64,000 bases of DNA from Octopus sinensis (taxonomy: Eukaryota): contig NC_042998.1 of the NCBI RefSeq assembly GCF_006345805.1, positions 92,938,001 to 93,002,000 of the forward strand, given 5' to 3'. A model generated the notes under the pieces. That model saw nothing but the letters and a program-made list of their open reading frames with translations. It made no database searches and was not told where the DNA came from. Each line of letters opens with the position of its first letter. Within the stretch, counting starts at the first letter, position 1. The position numbers and the translations under genes are program-made. Positions 24,410 through 36,327 of the stretch are shown here, one piece after another.

Positions 24410-25197
24410 ACGTGCTCAACTGGTACTAATTTCATCGACTGCGAAAAGATGAAAGGCAATGTCAACTTCAATGAAATTTGAACTCGGAATGTTAAGAACC
24501 GGAAGAAATGCTGCAAAGCATTTCGTCCGACGCGCTAGCGATTCTGTCAGCTCTTAAATAATAAATAATCTTTTCTACTCTAGGCACATAGCACGAAATT
24601 TTGGGGGAGGTGGCCTGTCTATTAGATCGACCCCAGTACGCAACTGGTGCTTAATTTATCGACCCTGAAAAGATGAAAGGCAAAGTAGACTTCGGCGGAA
24701 TTTGAACTCAGGACGTAAAGACAGACGGAACACCACTAAGCATTTCGCCCGGCATGCTAACGTTTCTTATCTCTTTAATGCCCACAAAGGGATAAACATA
24801 GAGGAGACAAACAAGGACAGACAAAGGGATTAAGTCGATTACATCGCACCAGTTCGTAACTGGTACTTACTTTATCGACCCCGAAAAGATGAAAGGCAAA
24901 GTCGAACTCGGCAGAATTTGAAATCAGAACGTAACGGCAGACGAAATACCTATTTCTTTACTACCCACAAGGGGCTAAACACAGAGGGGACAAACATGGA
25001 CAGACAAACGGATTAAGTCGATTACATCGACTCCAGTGCGTAACTAGTACTTAATTTATCGACCCCGAAAGGATGGAAGGCAAAGTCGACCTCGGCGGAA
25101 TTTGAACTCACAACGTAACGGCAGACGAAATACGGCTACGCATTTCGTCCGGCGTGCTAACGTTTCTGCCAGCTCACCGCCTTAGCTCTTAAATAAT
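24410..25197 (-). mobile_element. Tandem cluster of about four copies of a tRNA-derived SINE (gcctttcatcctttcggggtcgataaattaagtaccag family)
   Basis: Repeated tcgaccc.gaaa.gatgaaaggcaaagtcgac...gaatttgaactcag...; other copies at ~9770-9970, 28040-28245, 35175-35530, 41940-42160, 54670-55110, 57765-57975, 61685-61865 and 62220-62410. Confidence 0.85.
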
Positions 25198-25969
25198 AAT
25201 AAAAATAAGAATAATGATGTCATACAATCTAGGGTGGAGATAGAATCGATTGAATAAATCCCAATACTTGTACTTTTCTCCCGAAGAATGAAAGGTAGAA
25301 TTTAATTGCAATAGCAGAGACACAAGTTTATTAACAAAGAACCAGTTATTGAAAACTGTAACAGTTAGTACAAAGACTTAAGATATAATAGACATCACCA
25401 TTTTAGTTAGTCCTCTTTCGTCAGTTCTATTTTTGTTGAATATATGCGTGCGAAAATGATCGTTCTTGATTTTTAGAATTTTTCAAATGATACTAAAAAA
25501 TTCGGGATGAGATTCCCTGGGCAAGGTGTGTGTTTCCTCTTAACTCATGCCATATTTATTTGAATATGTAACCTATTTACCTATGCTTATAAAGCACAGA
25601 GTTACTGGTTTTCTTTCTTCACAGTTTCCAACTTGACCGAACGGACAGAATAATTCAGAAAGTTAGTTAACGGTCGTTTTCCCGAACCCGAACTACCAGA
25701 AATCTGCATAAAACATTCTGGTTCACTGCTTTACCTTGCTGACGTCTATGGTTTTTCATATTCAAACAAAGCAAAGCTACTTCAGAAGTACTTCGTTGGT
25801 CAGCTACTGACTTTCATTCTTGCGAAAATTCTTTCTTCCGTTTTCACAGATCCTTTTACAAACAAGTTGCAAGGTTCTGTTTACTGCATACATAGATCTG
25901 TTGTACCCAATCCCCCAACCTTTTCTTTAAATATATATAGACATGCTAATATTTTATGAATGAGCATGC

Positions 25970-26001
<32 letters not shown>

Positions 26002-26002
26002 C

Positions 26003-26066
<64 letters not shown>

Positions 26067-26073
26067 TTATCTA

Positions 26074-26114
<41 letters not shown>

Positions 26115-27140
26115 GATGCTGATTCGAACACCCAACGGTATTGGGGTTTATTTCTCCGTTCGGTTTTCAGTTAAGATATCAGACAAAAGAAGCATCTACT
26201 CCAACTTTTACAAGAAGTCTGCTTGTAAATATTTATTCGCCTGTTCCAAATCTGCCATTCTTGCTTGTACTAAAATCGTCATGCATTAATAACGAGATAA
26301 ACGCATTGAAACTTAATGTAACGACGGGGAGAATCGACCGCTAACGTTAAAAGAATATAAAATGAAAGGAGACAAAGAGAATGCCTTGAGTCTTTTATTT
26401 CGCCGCGATCGAAAATAGAAAAAAAAAATGAATAAAAAAAAACAACTCTTACGATATTTGCTACTTTCGGATCTCTTTCAGAGGAGATGTTACCAATACA
26501 TTTATATATGTATCAGGGTTGAGTATACAAAGCAACGAATGGATCTTCGATTCCGATATAAAATTGTATACTAAACAACTACTCACTTAGAAATGTCAAC
26601 AAATGCTTCAGAGTTTACACAGTAACCTATCGAATATACGATATGGAACAAACTTTATACAGACGATGCTGTCACTCATTACATACAATCGTGTACGAAT
26701 AGTCTGTACAAAGGCAGTTGAACACCTGTCAGAATATGGAGGTCACCTTTTTATTGTTATATCTCATCTATGTTGATATTTGAAAGGAATATCAAGATTT
26801 TCGCATTATAAAAAAATGCCACTGAAAAGCTTGTAAACTTATACCAGTTTATTGGTTGGTTTCAATGTAACCATCTGGCCGTCACCTGCCACACCATGCG
26901 TGTGTTACGGCGCGTGTTAAAACGGTTTATTCATTCCCGTAACTTCGGTTCTGTAGAGTAGAGTCTATTGAGGTCAGTTGTTTCTCATTGTTTCTGTACA
27001 TCAGAGCCTGAATTCAGGTAAAACTCAGGTAAAACTCGATTTTACAGAACGTTATTTTTCCGATATTCAACGACTTACGCACGCACACATACACACATAC
27101 ATGAATGCATACATAAATACAAACACACACGCACACACAT

Positions 27141-27257
27141 ATTATCCAAAGTGTACAGTGGTATAAATCCATCACGGCTGATCTTATCAATCGGTTTCAT
27201 GTTAGGTGGTATACATACATACATACATACATACATGCATGCATGCATGCATGCATG

Positions 27258-27304
<47 letters not shown>

Positions 27305-27470
27305 TTTATCCAAAGTGTACAGTATTATAAATCCATCATGGCTGATCTTATCAATCGGTTTCATGTTAGGTGGTATACGTATATACATACATACATACAT
27401 ACATATTATCCAAAGTGTACAGTATTATAAATCCATCACGGTTGATCTTACCAATCGGTTTCATGTTAGG
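27141..27470 (+). repeat. Three ~70-bp units separated by microsatellite spacers
   Basis: attatccaaagtgtacagt.gtataaatccatca.gg.tgatctta.caatcggtttcatgttaggt at ~27141, 27306 and 27405. Confidence 0.9.
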
Positions 27471-28035
27471 TGTACGACGGAGTGTACCCCGATTATTTAA
27501 CCCTACGTTCATCGGATTATATACAGTAATCCCTCGACGTTCGCGAGTGTTACGTCTCAAAATCCCCCGCGATAGGTGAATATCTGCGAACTAGAAAACG
27601 TACTGTACTATATATTTTTAAAAAATTATTTTTATTATTTGTATATATTTATTTTATTACTTTTATATATTTAAGCTTTTATAAACTCTCACCACACTCT
27701 TAGGAGTACTCGTATCTTCTTGTATTTTTTAAAAATATATTTTTATTAATGTATTATACAATGCAGTACTGTGCTAGATTTTTATTTAACTTACTAATTT
27801 TTAGGCGTGAAAATTCTTATTTTATCACAAAAGATAATTAAAATCTAAGAAACATATAATTACCTAATGGCCGTAGAAACCAACATATACTGAGGAGTAC
27901 ACGATATAAATTTATATATATTAGCCAGAAAAATCCGCGATGTACTGAGTGCGCGATAGGTGAACCGCGATGTGGCGGGTGATTACTGTAACCCTACGCT
28001 CTATCGGATTGTTACCTAACACTCCGTCGTACCCC
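27469..28035. mobile_element. MITE-like element with 17-bp TIR and TA flanks, carrying a nested MITE
   Basis: TA|GGTGTACGACGGAGTGT ... ACACTCCGTCGTACCCC|TA (16/17 complementary). Confidence 0.6.
27524..27988. mobile_element. Tc1/mariner-superfamily (pogo/Tigger-like) MITE
   Basis: TA|CAGTAATCCCTCG ... CGGGTGATTACTG|TA; AT-rich noncoding interior. Confidence 0.75.
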
Positions 28036-28349
28036 TAGAGCGCGGCGAGTTGGCAGAAACATTAGCACTCCGGGCGAAATGCTTAGCGGTATTACGTCTG
28101 TCTTGATGTTCTGAGTTCAAATTCTGCCGAGGTCGACTTTGTCTTTTATCCTTTCGAGGTCGATAAATTAAGTACCAGTTTCATACTGTGGTCGATCTAA
28201 TCGACTGGCCCCCTCCCCAGAAATTCCGGGCCTTGATTAGAAAAAATATGGAATATAACACTGTACTCTTTGGATAATGTATCCACTTTATTGACAGATA
28301 TACGAGTGCATCTGTTTCCTGGTTTATGATCTTTTAGACGACTTACACG

Positions 28350-28387
<38 letters not shown>

Positions 28388-28391
28388 ATAT

Positions 28392-29393
28392 ATCTCAAGA
28401 TTAATCAGCCGAAATTACTACGATGATCCGGTTCTTGACTGAAGACTGAGGGTTTCGAATGTCCTGTCCGTGTTTATTGTATCGTCTTCTTGAGTTATAC
28501 GTTCTTTTCCATGTTGTATTTTTCTACATACCTTAACATATATTCCAGGCGCCACGTACCCTCTTAACATTAATGTGAGCACATATTCTTAATAACTGGT
28601 ACGACTCTTTGTTTGTCTCTCTCTCTCTCTCACTTTTACTTGATCTGTCCCCTTCTCTCTCTACTCATCCTCTTTTTCTCTTCTCTTTCCTCTGATTCTT
28701 TGGTCTAATCTTCCACTACCCTCCTATTTCTTTGTCTCGCTCTGCACTCACAGGTCGCTCTTCGACACCCATCCCTTCTCCTCTCTGATTCCTTCTTTCT
28801 CTCTCTTCTCTCTCTTTGTTGCGTTTGTCCCTCCTCTCTCTCTCTCTCTCTCTCTCTCTTCCGTTGCTTCTCTTTCTTTTCTTTTCTCTCTTCTCTGTCA
28901 CGTGACTGCTGGCCGAAATCTGCCTTTCAGCTTCTGACCAGCGTCGTGTTAACATCGTTGTTTTTCGTCCGCCGCTATAGGCATCGCCGATAAGGCTCCT
29001 TTCCTTGCGCCAGAGAAAAAATTTGTTTGCTTGTTATCAGTCGTAAGACACTTGTTGTTTTCACCGTTAATGCTTCTGTATTTCATGTTTCTGTATTCCA
29101 TTATTTTTTTGTTTTTTTATATTCGTCCCTTTTGCTGTCCTGGTGTCCGTATGCATTCGATCCTTCTTCCAGGAAATCTACGCTCCCAGCTTAGTTTTTC
29201 TAATGCTCGTTGCTTAGTTTTTCTTGGAGGGCTGGCCGTGATCTAGTAATCTCAAGATTAATCAGCCGAAATTACTACGATGATCCGGTTCTTGACTGAA
29301 GACTGAGGGTTTCGAATGTCCTGTCCGTGTTTATTGTATCGTCTTCTTGAGTTATACGTTCTTGTCCATGTTGTATTTTTCTACATACCTTAA
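28392..29393. mobile_element. 1-kb non-coding element with 145-bp direct terminal repeats inside (TA)n (PLE pseudo-LTR / retrozyme-like)
   Basis: 28392-28536 and 29249-29393 differ at one base; no TG...CA ends and no ORF; (TA)n on both sides; diverged reverse copy at ~22960-23077. Confidence 0.7.
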
Positions 29394-29396
29394 TAT

Positions 29397-29465
<69 letters not shown>

Positions 29466-29564
29466 ATATATGTATGTATAGTGAGAATTTACACACAAAA
29501 AAAAGACAAAGACGGGTGTGTAAACAACAAACAGATGTATTAGTTTAACACTCGAGAAGTGAGA

Positions 29565-29606
29565 AAGCGTTTTATGTTTCGAGCCAGCGCTCTTCGACAT
29601 GTAGGA
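29565..29606 (-). ncRNA. Degenerate minimal hammerhead motif
   Basis: AUGUCGA-A-GAGC-gcug-GCUC-GAAAC-AU-A; same family as 29712-29749 but with C3 and stem III changed. Confidence 0.45.
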
Positions 29607-29711
29607 ACACAGAAATAAACAGGGAGAGAAAATAGAAAAAGATTATGTTGATTCGCTAGCCTCTGCACGCATTTTTTTTCTCTCCTTCTTTCTGTGTTTC
29701 TTCTCTGTGTA

Positions 29712-29749
29712 TCTTTCTGTTGAAGAGCGTAGGCTCGAAACGTTAAAGA
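29712..29749 (+). ncRNA. Minimal type I hammerhead motif (A6U variant)
   Basis: UCUUU-CUGUUGA-A-GAGC-guag-GCUC-GAAAC-GUU-AAAGA; 5-bp stem I and 4-bp stem II pair perfectly; stem III ACGU palindrome. Confidence 0.7.
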
Positions 29750-29876
29750 CTTGTTTTATTTATATTCCTGAGCGCCATACTAATACAATTGTTTGTTTGT
29801 ATTCCACCTGCCTTCGTCTTTTGTTTATTTCCGTAAACCTGCCTTCGTCTTTTGTCTATTTTCATAAAGCTTCCCG

Positions 29877-29940
<64 letters not shown>

Positions 29941-30413
29941 ACACACATATATACATACTCCCATACATACATATAGATACACACACACACACACAATTGC
30001 ACTGAATGATGACAAAGAAACATACGGAAAATTTACACACAAGACGTGGACGTGCTTTCCTTCACTAGTTATCATCCAAAGCCCCTAATTTCGCGCCTTT
30101 AACGATAAGATCATTCATTTTGGTGGCATCAACAACAAAAAGATGTTGAGAATAAGTGAGCAAGCGTAAAGGGCGGTGATGAAAGCAAACAAACGACACA
30201 AGTAGTTGGTGCATATATAGCTATGCACATAAAAATAAAGCCCTACCGGCTATGAGACAGTATTGAAATAAGACGTGTTATTTGTAAACAAGAAACATAT
30301 TGACGGTGACTTGGAAGTTTCCGACGTTACTGTCAATAATATTCTTGTTTAAGAATAATAAATTTGCACTGAACAAATTTATTATAACTGAACATTAGGC
30401 AGGTATTTTTATG

Positions 30414-31399
30414 TGTAGAGACGACCGTACGTAAAGGAGATGGTGACAAAATGTCTCCTTTTAAACGCCGCACGGTCGCCTTACAAAGAAGAAGCCAAAT
30501 ATATGGAATAAAAGAATACCAGTGCCAAGAAAGAAAAAGGAGAGGAACACAACCGTATAAGATATAAGTATAAGAGACCTTATTTACAGATGTGTTCGTG
30601 TAATAAGAGTGTGTATGAGCGCTAGCATAAGTGTGTGTCTGTGTGTTCGAGCGTGCGTTACAAGTGTGTACATAATGATAAAGAACAATAGAAAATGAGT
30701 CTCTCAGGATACAAATGAATGTTCAGACAAAATGTTGATAAAATACCAGTTCGGTGTAAAACACCATAGTAGAGGTTTTGTAACAGAGAGGCTGGTGGTC
30801 ACAAGTGCAGAACCGGTTACCACGCGTGTAGAAGTTGTGGCTTCGATGCTGTGCCAAGTTACTTTGGTACAGAAAATTCTCACAGGTAGACTGGCGTTGT
30901 TAACCTTAGTGAGTATTCACAACAGCGTGAAGTTAAACCTGGAACGATGTTGGTTGGTGGGTACGTATTGGTGTTGGTGGAGACGGCGTGAAGTTGAAGG
31001 GCGACGTTAAGCTTAAGGCGACGGTGGGGAAGACGGCGTTACGGAGAAGTCGACGATGGTTATGGCGACGGTGGAGAAAAGTCCTGAGTTGCTGCATGTC
31101 GCAGTCGCCGTCTGTCTTGCTGCGGTGTTGTTGGCGCTATCAGTCGCTGGATGCTCTGTGGTCAATGGTCGAGGACCAATGAGGAAATTGACTGTCGTGA
31201 CTAGCCTTATAAAGACGTTAGTGGGCTCCAAAGAAGAACCTAGAAGACTGTATCACGGGACTTATCAGATGGGTGTGAATGGTTGGCTTACACATTGGCG
31301 CAAAATAAAGCAAGAGATAAAACTGCACCAAAACCAACCAATCAGGGCAGCGGACACAACTGGTCCTAAGCAGCCGAAGAATGGCTGCTATCTGCCACG
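30414..31399 (-). mobile_element. Solo-LTR-like cassette, copy 1 (986 bp)
   Basis: Colinear homology to 33113-34063; left end TGTAG, right end decayed (CTGCCACG); flanks ttatg/ttatt; minus-strand CCAAT (31294-31298) and TATAA (~31207-31212). Confidence 0.6.
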
Positions 31400-33112
31400 T
31401 TATTTGTATGCTGACTCTCAAACAGTGAGGATAACACCGAGGTACGCTATTTATGTGTGCGTGTGCATGCATGCATATCTCAAAACTTGGTTCTGTAGAT
31501 TTATAATGAAATGGTTGCTGGCAGTAGATTACCTTTCTGACTAAAGTGTGTATTACTTTTTCTGTAAGATATGGAATTATGGCTCTTCCGTCCACGTGAA
31601 GGATCTTTTTGGTACTAAGTACCTTAGCCAGACATCGTATTAAAGACGTCTTTTTCTTCCAGTCTTTAACTGTAAGAATACTTTGGTTCTACTTCGGATA
31701 ACATTCCACTATTCCATTTAGAATCTTATGCTGGTTCTTATCGACCTCAAATTATAGAATTCTTGTATATTTATATAAAACATCCTAGATGGGAATGGAA
31801 TAGTAAATATAAAAGCAGATGCTAAAGAGTGACAATTATACATATTGCAGGTATGTACAGCATTTAGTTATATATACAGGAGATTACATCCATTTGGGTA
31901 TTTTCAACAGACTGTATGGAAACGAATTTGGAGAGATGTACGAAGACTACTTTGAAGAAGGAAAAAAAAAATTCAGCCTCATAAAAACTAATCACATCAG
32001 ACTAGTTAAAGAGACAGTGATCAAAGAAATCAAACCAAAGACAATCTTGAAAATTCCGAGAAATCAATGAAATAGACAGAATACATGATTCCCAAATGAA
32101 GGAAAATGTTAGGAAGAAATACTATAAATGTTTCTGAGTAATGATTAAAACGGAACTACATGCCAAAATCAAAATAACATCAACAGAGACATCAATAATA
32201 CTTTGGTTGTTCAAATATCAAGTGAAAGAAATGATGTATTCATTTAGAAGTTAACTAATTAGAATGGAAAGAAAAATACAAAAAATATCGAGTATTGGAA
32301 ATGGTTCGCCCGCCCGTATGTACGTACACGCACACACACACAAAAGAAATAGACAGTATAAGATTATATTTACCATACTCTAAAGGAATTAGGAAGCTTC
32401 TTCAATCATAAAACTAAAATAAAATACATTCGATAGATATAGAACAGAAAGAATAGACAAATATCAAGAATACAGACAAATGAACAAAAACTCCTGTTTT
32501 TCTGTCTTTTAGTGAGGTCAAGTAATATAAAAAAAAGCATAGTCTCAAGTAGTAAAACTAACAAATTATATTTATATGTTTAATACAAACATAATCATTC
32601 TGTGAAATGAAACTTAGCAGAATGCAGTCAAGTTCTTAGCAATACGACGCAGACATCAAACTGACTGTAATCTCAGATTTGTTTAAATCGCCACCAGATT
32701 TACGTTAAAACTGATATCGTGATACTGCGAAACACACACAACAATAGTTGTTGTAGCTTAGAAAATGATTCTTAATATGCACGTGCGTAAGTTAATTTGT
32801 ATACTGGTGTTAGTTTAACAACCATTTCGAAACAATTAACAAAACGCATAGTATGGGTATGTATGCATTATTGAAACTGTAGATATAACAATAAACAGAG
32901 ATTGTATATAAATCTCTCACTTTTTAATTGCCTAAATGTCAACTAACATTGATACTAACTGGTTTTGTCCGTAAAATAAGGCAATAGTAAATACCGAGCA
33001 CGTGGTTTAAGAAAATGAGACGGATTTTAGAGGCAAATTTTCGGATCTTAATTTGCAACAATGAAGGTGAAATTTACACAAATGCGTTTGTGAAAATGTA
33101 CATTGATACGTC

Positions 33113-34063
33113 TGTAGAACGACCGCGCGAAAGGAGAGGTGACGAATGAATGCCTCCTTTAATACACCGCACGGTCGCTTACAATAAAAGCCAAAATGGA
33201 TACATGAGTATGAGTGCCAGAAGGAAAAAGGAAGACGACACAGCCGTAGAATGTTAAGAGAAAGGTTTTATTTAGATTCTAGCAGAGTGTGTATCTGTGT
33301 GTGCGTCATAAGTACATATAGAATAAGAACAATGACAAGCCGTCAAGCATACATAATGTGTATGTGTGTACAAACAAGGATGTATGCGTGAGAGATAAAA
33401 TACAGAGCACAGAAAGTCTATAACAGGACGTTAGAAGTTCAGACACAATGAAGATAAATACCAGTTCGTAGTAAGGTAGACAATAGTAGAAGTTCTGTAA
33501 CAAGAAGATGTAGCGTAAAAGGCAGAGCCGGTCGAAAGCACATGTGTAAGTAGTTGTGGCTTCAATGCCACTGCCGGGTTACTTGGTACAGATGGTTCTC
33601 GCAGGTTGAGCTTACCGTTAACCATGGTGAAGTAATTCACAAACAGTGAGAAGTTAAACCAAAGTGAAATTATTGTGTACGTAGTGATGTTGTTGGCGTC
33701 GATAAGATGAAGTCGACGTTAAGATGTAGGCGACGGAAAGATGAAGACGAGGGAAGGCGACGGAGGTGGAGGTCCGGAATTCTGCTAGTGTTGTCTGTCG
33801 CTGGAACTGCCTGAGTGCTCGGTGGTCAGTGGTCTAGAACCAAAGACGTTCGACTCGATCATTCGCTGTGTTTTATAGCAAATTATAGGCTCAAACGGAG
33901 CTTTAGAAAAACTGTGTCACGGGACCTTATTAGAAGGTTGCGGCTGGTTGGGTTGCATATTGGCGCCTGATAGAGCAAGAGACAAATTGCGCCAATACCA
34001 ACCATTCAGAGTAGTGGACACAACAGGGCCCAAGCGGCCGAAGGTTAGCTGTTATCTGCTACA
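33113..34063 (-). mobile_element. Solo-LTR-like cassette, copy 2 (951 bp)
   Basis: Ends TGTAG...CTACA (5-bp inverted); on minus strand CCAAT (33959-33963), CTATAAAA (33871-33878) and AATAAA (33267-33272) occur in U3-R-U5 order; no PBS or PPT seen; no clean TSD. Confidence 0.65.
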
Positions 34064-36245
34064 TCCGTATTTATGTTATATATGAGAGAGAGCGAGAGAG
34101 GGAGAGGGAGAGAGAGAGAGAGAGAATTTCACTAAGCGTCCGCTACATGTCCATTTGATAATTTATGCTTTAAAAATGCATTATGGAAAACATACATATT
34201 TCATGCCAATTGAATAATTCTTGTGGTAGAGACAAATGTGTAGGATCAGACAAAAGCTAGCCATAGAAAAAGAGAAATATATAATGTCCGTATTTTTAAG
34301 CGAGAAGTTTTTCTCTTAATGTTGAAATAAAATAAAATAAAAAAAGTCTGATCGCTAAGCTAACGATAAAGAGAGAGAAAACAAAAAGAAGAGGAGGGAG
34401 AGGGGCCATAGTTATAACCGTCGGTACCGGTACAAGAGACTTGTTTGATGTTGAGCGAATGAGCAAGAAATAAGCCAATAGGTCTTAATAAATTTTCCTT
34501 GGTTAATATAGTCAAAACAAAATCCCTCAGACTATGACTTTCTTACTGGCTAAAAGTCTTCTGATAGGGTACAATATCTAGTTAACTAAAATAACATACG
34601 TGGCGATAAATATAATATACTGACGTGTTTTGATGAACTGGCCAAAAGTGACTCGCGAAGTTATGAGCTAAGAGTTAAAATTTCCGATTGGCTAAACTAA
34701 CAATGAAACTAAAATATCGTCATGAGATCACTAGAAGTACAAAATCTAAGTGAGTAATGAGAAGTGGGATATTCCCCCATTACAAGTCAACAGATTGTGG
34801 ATTTCAGATCTGTTAACCATCATCACAGTTCGCTTAACTCCCACTGTTGAAATGTCAATGAAATAACAATTCATAGATATACAGAAAATACTTCTTAGTT
34901 TACAAGTAGTTAAACTACTTCCATATAAAACATCTCAAAGAGTAGTCAGAAAAAAATTCTATATAGTGTCGGCGAGAACTTGTGGTATGTCTTCGGTTTT
35001 CATTCGACATATTTTCAAACATAAAAACAACTGAATTGATGTTTCAAGTTCAAATCTGCAGCAGAAGAGTAACTTGCAATTAATTCTTCTGCTATTAGAA
35101 AAATTACATGCACGCGCATTACACGTGTCGACGCTGAGTGGTCAATAATTATTCGTAATGTGTTTCCATTTTAAGGCGGTGAGCTGGCAGAAACGTTAGC
35201 CCGCTGGGCGAAATGCTTTGCGGTATTTCGTCTGCCGTTACGTTCTGAGTTCAAATTCCGCTGAAGGCGACTTTGCCTTTCATCCTTTCGGGGTTGATAA
35301 ATTAAGTACCAGTGAAACACTGGGGTCGATATAATCGACTTAATCCGTTTGCCTCTCCTTGTTTGTCCTTTCTGTGTTTAGCCCCATGTGGGTAGTAAAG
35401 AAATAGGTATTTTGTAGAGGTCGACTTTGCTTTTAAATTAAGTACCACTTTGTCGATAAATCAAATACCAGTTGCGTACTGGGTCGATCTAATCGATTGG
35501 GCCCCCTCCCCATAAATTTTGGGCCTTTGCCTAGAGTAGAAAAGAAAAGAATGTGTTTTCATTTTTTTTCTCCCATTACTGTGAAAATTAGTTGCACGCT
35601 CACCACATAAAATCCTTCTCTGGCCACCATAGTCTAGACTTGAACGTGAAGCGTTGTTATTATGTTGATCATAACTGTGTCTATTGTGGAGGACTTCATT
35701 GGCAGAGCCATAACTAATTTTCATTTTATTATTGCATACTATAATTTGCATATAATTCATCAATCGTCATCAGTTTGTTCAAGGGAACCATTTCACTGAC
35801 TACTTCACTATTGTCATCGGCACAGGGCAGGGGTCGAACGTCCAGCTCCTTCATGATGCATAGCACTAGCGCAACCATTAACTTAATGTTACACTTCATT
35901 CATAGACAATCTATTGCTGCAAAGCACTCTTCTTATTTTGTGCTGAAACTTCAATAGACGTACTCTCAGTGTAGAAAAAATGAACCACTGGACACTGTTC
36001 TACTTCGGAGTAAAGAGAAAGCAGAGTGATAATGGTTAACGCAATAATAACAACGAATTGATTGACTTTTCAAGTACAAACCTGCGCCATATCGACTTAA
36101 GAGATGCCATTCCCCTATCTTGTGATATGCGCATGACTAACTTTCTTGCCTAAAGGAAAATATTAAGTACCCGGTAAATTAATTACTGATTCATCCTCGT
36201 ATACATGCGTGCATGCATATATGCATATATATGCGCGCGGGAATT

Positions 36246-36276
<31 letters not shown>

Positions 36277-36327
36277 TGAAAAGGTCACACAAATGGACAT
36301 GTAAAAGCAAAACAAGACAAATAATTT

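Noticed and set aside
27141-27470. CRISPR-like repeat-spacer appearance (also 53380-53760)
   Set aside because: Eukaryotic context, repeats of 60-70 bp, spacers are microsatellites, no cas genes.
30414-31200. Telomerase RNA hypothesis (Pol II promoter plus 3' hairpin-ACA)
   Set aside because: No CUAACCCU-type template for TTAGGG, no clear H box, P6.1 or CAB box; TGTAG...CTACA ends favour an LTR. Kept only as an H/ACA-like alternative in findings.
31056-31544. 162-aa ORF with a hydrophobic N-terminal stretch
   Set aside because: Antisense to the promoter of the LTR-like cassette, runs past its boundary, and I saw no matching open frame in the paralogous copy at 33113-34063.
31750-32300. 83-aa ORF (31819-32070) between the two LTR-like cassettes as a possible gag/pol remnant
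   Set aside because: No recognisable retroelement motifs, wrong strand relative to the promoters, AT-rich and stop-laden surroundings.
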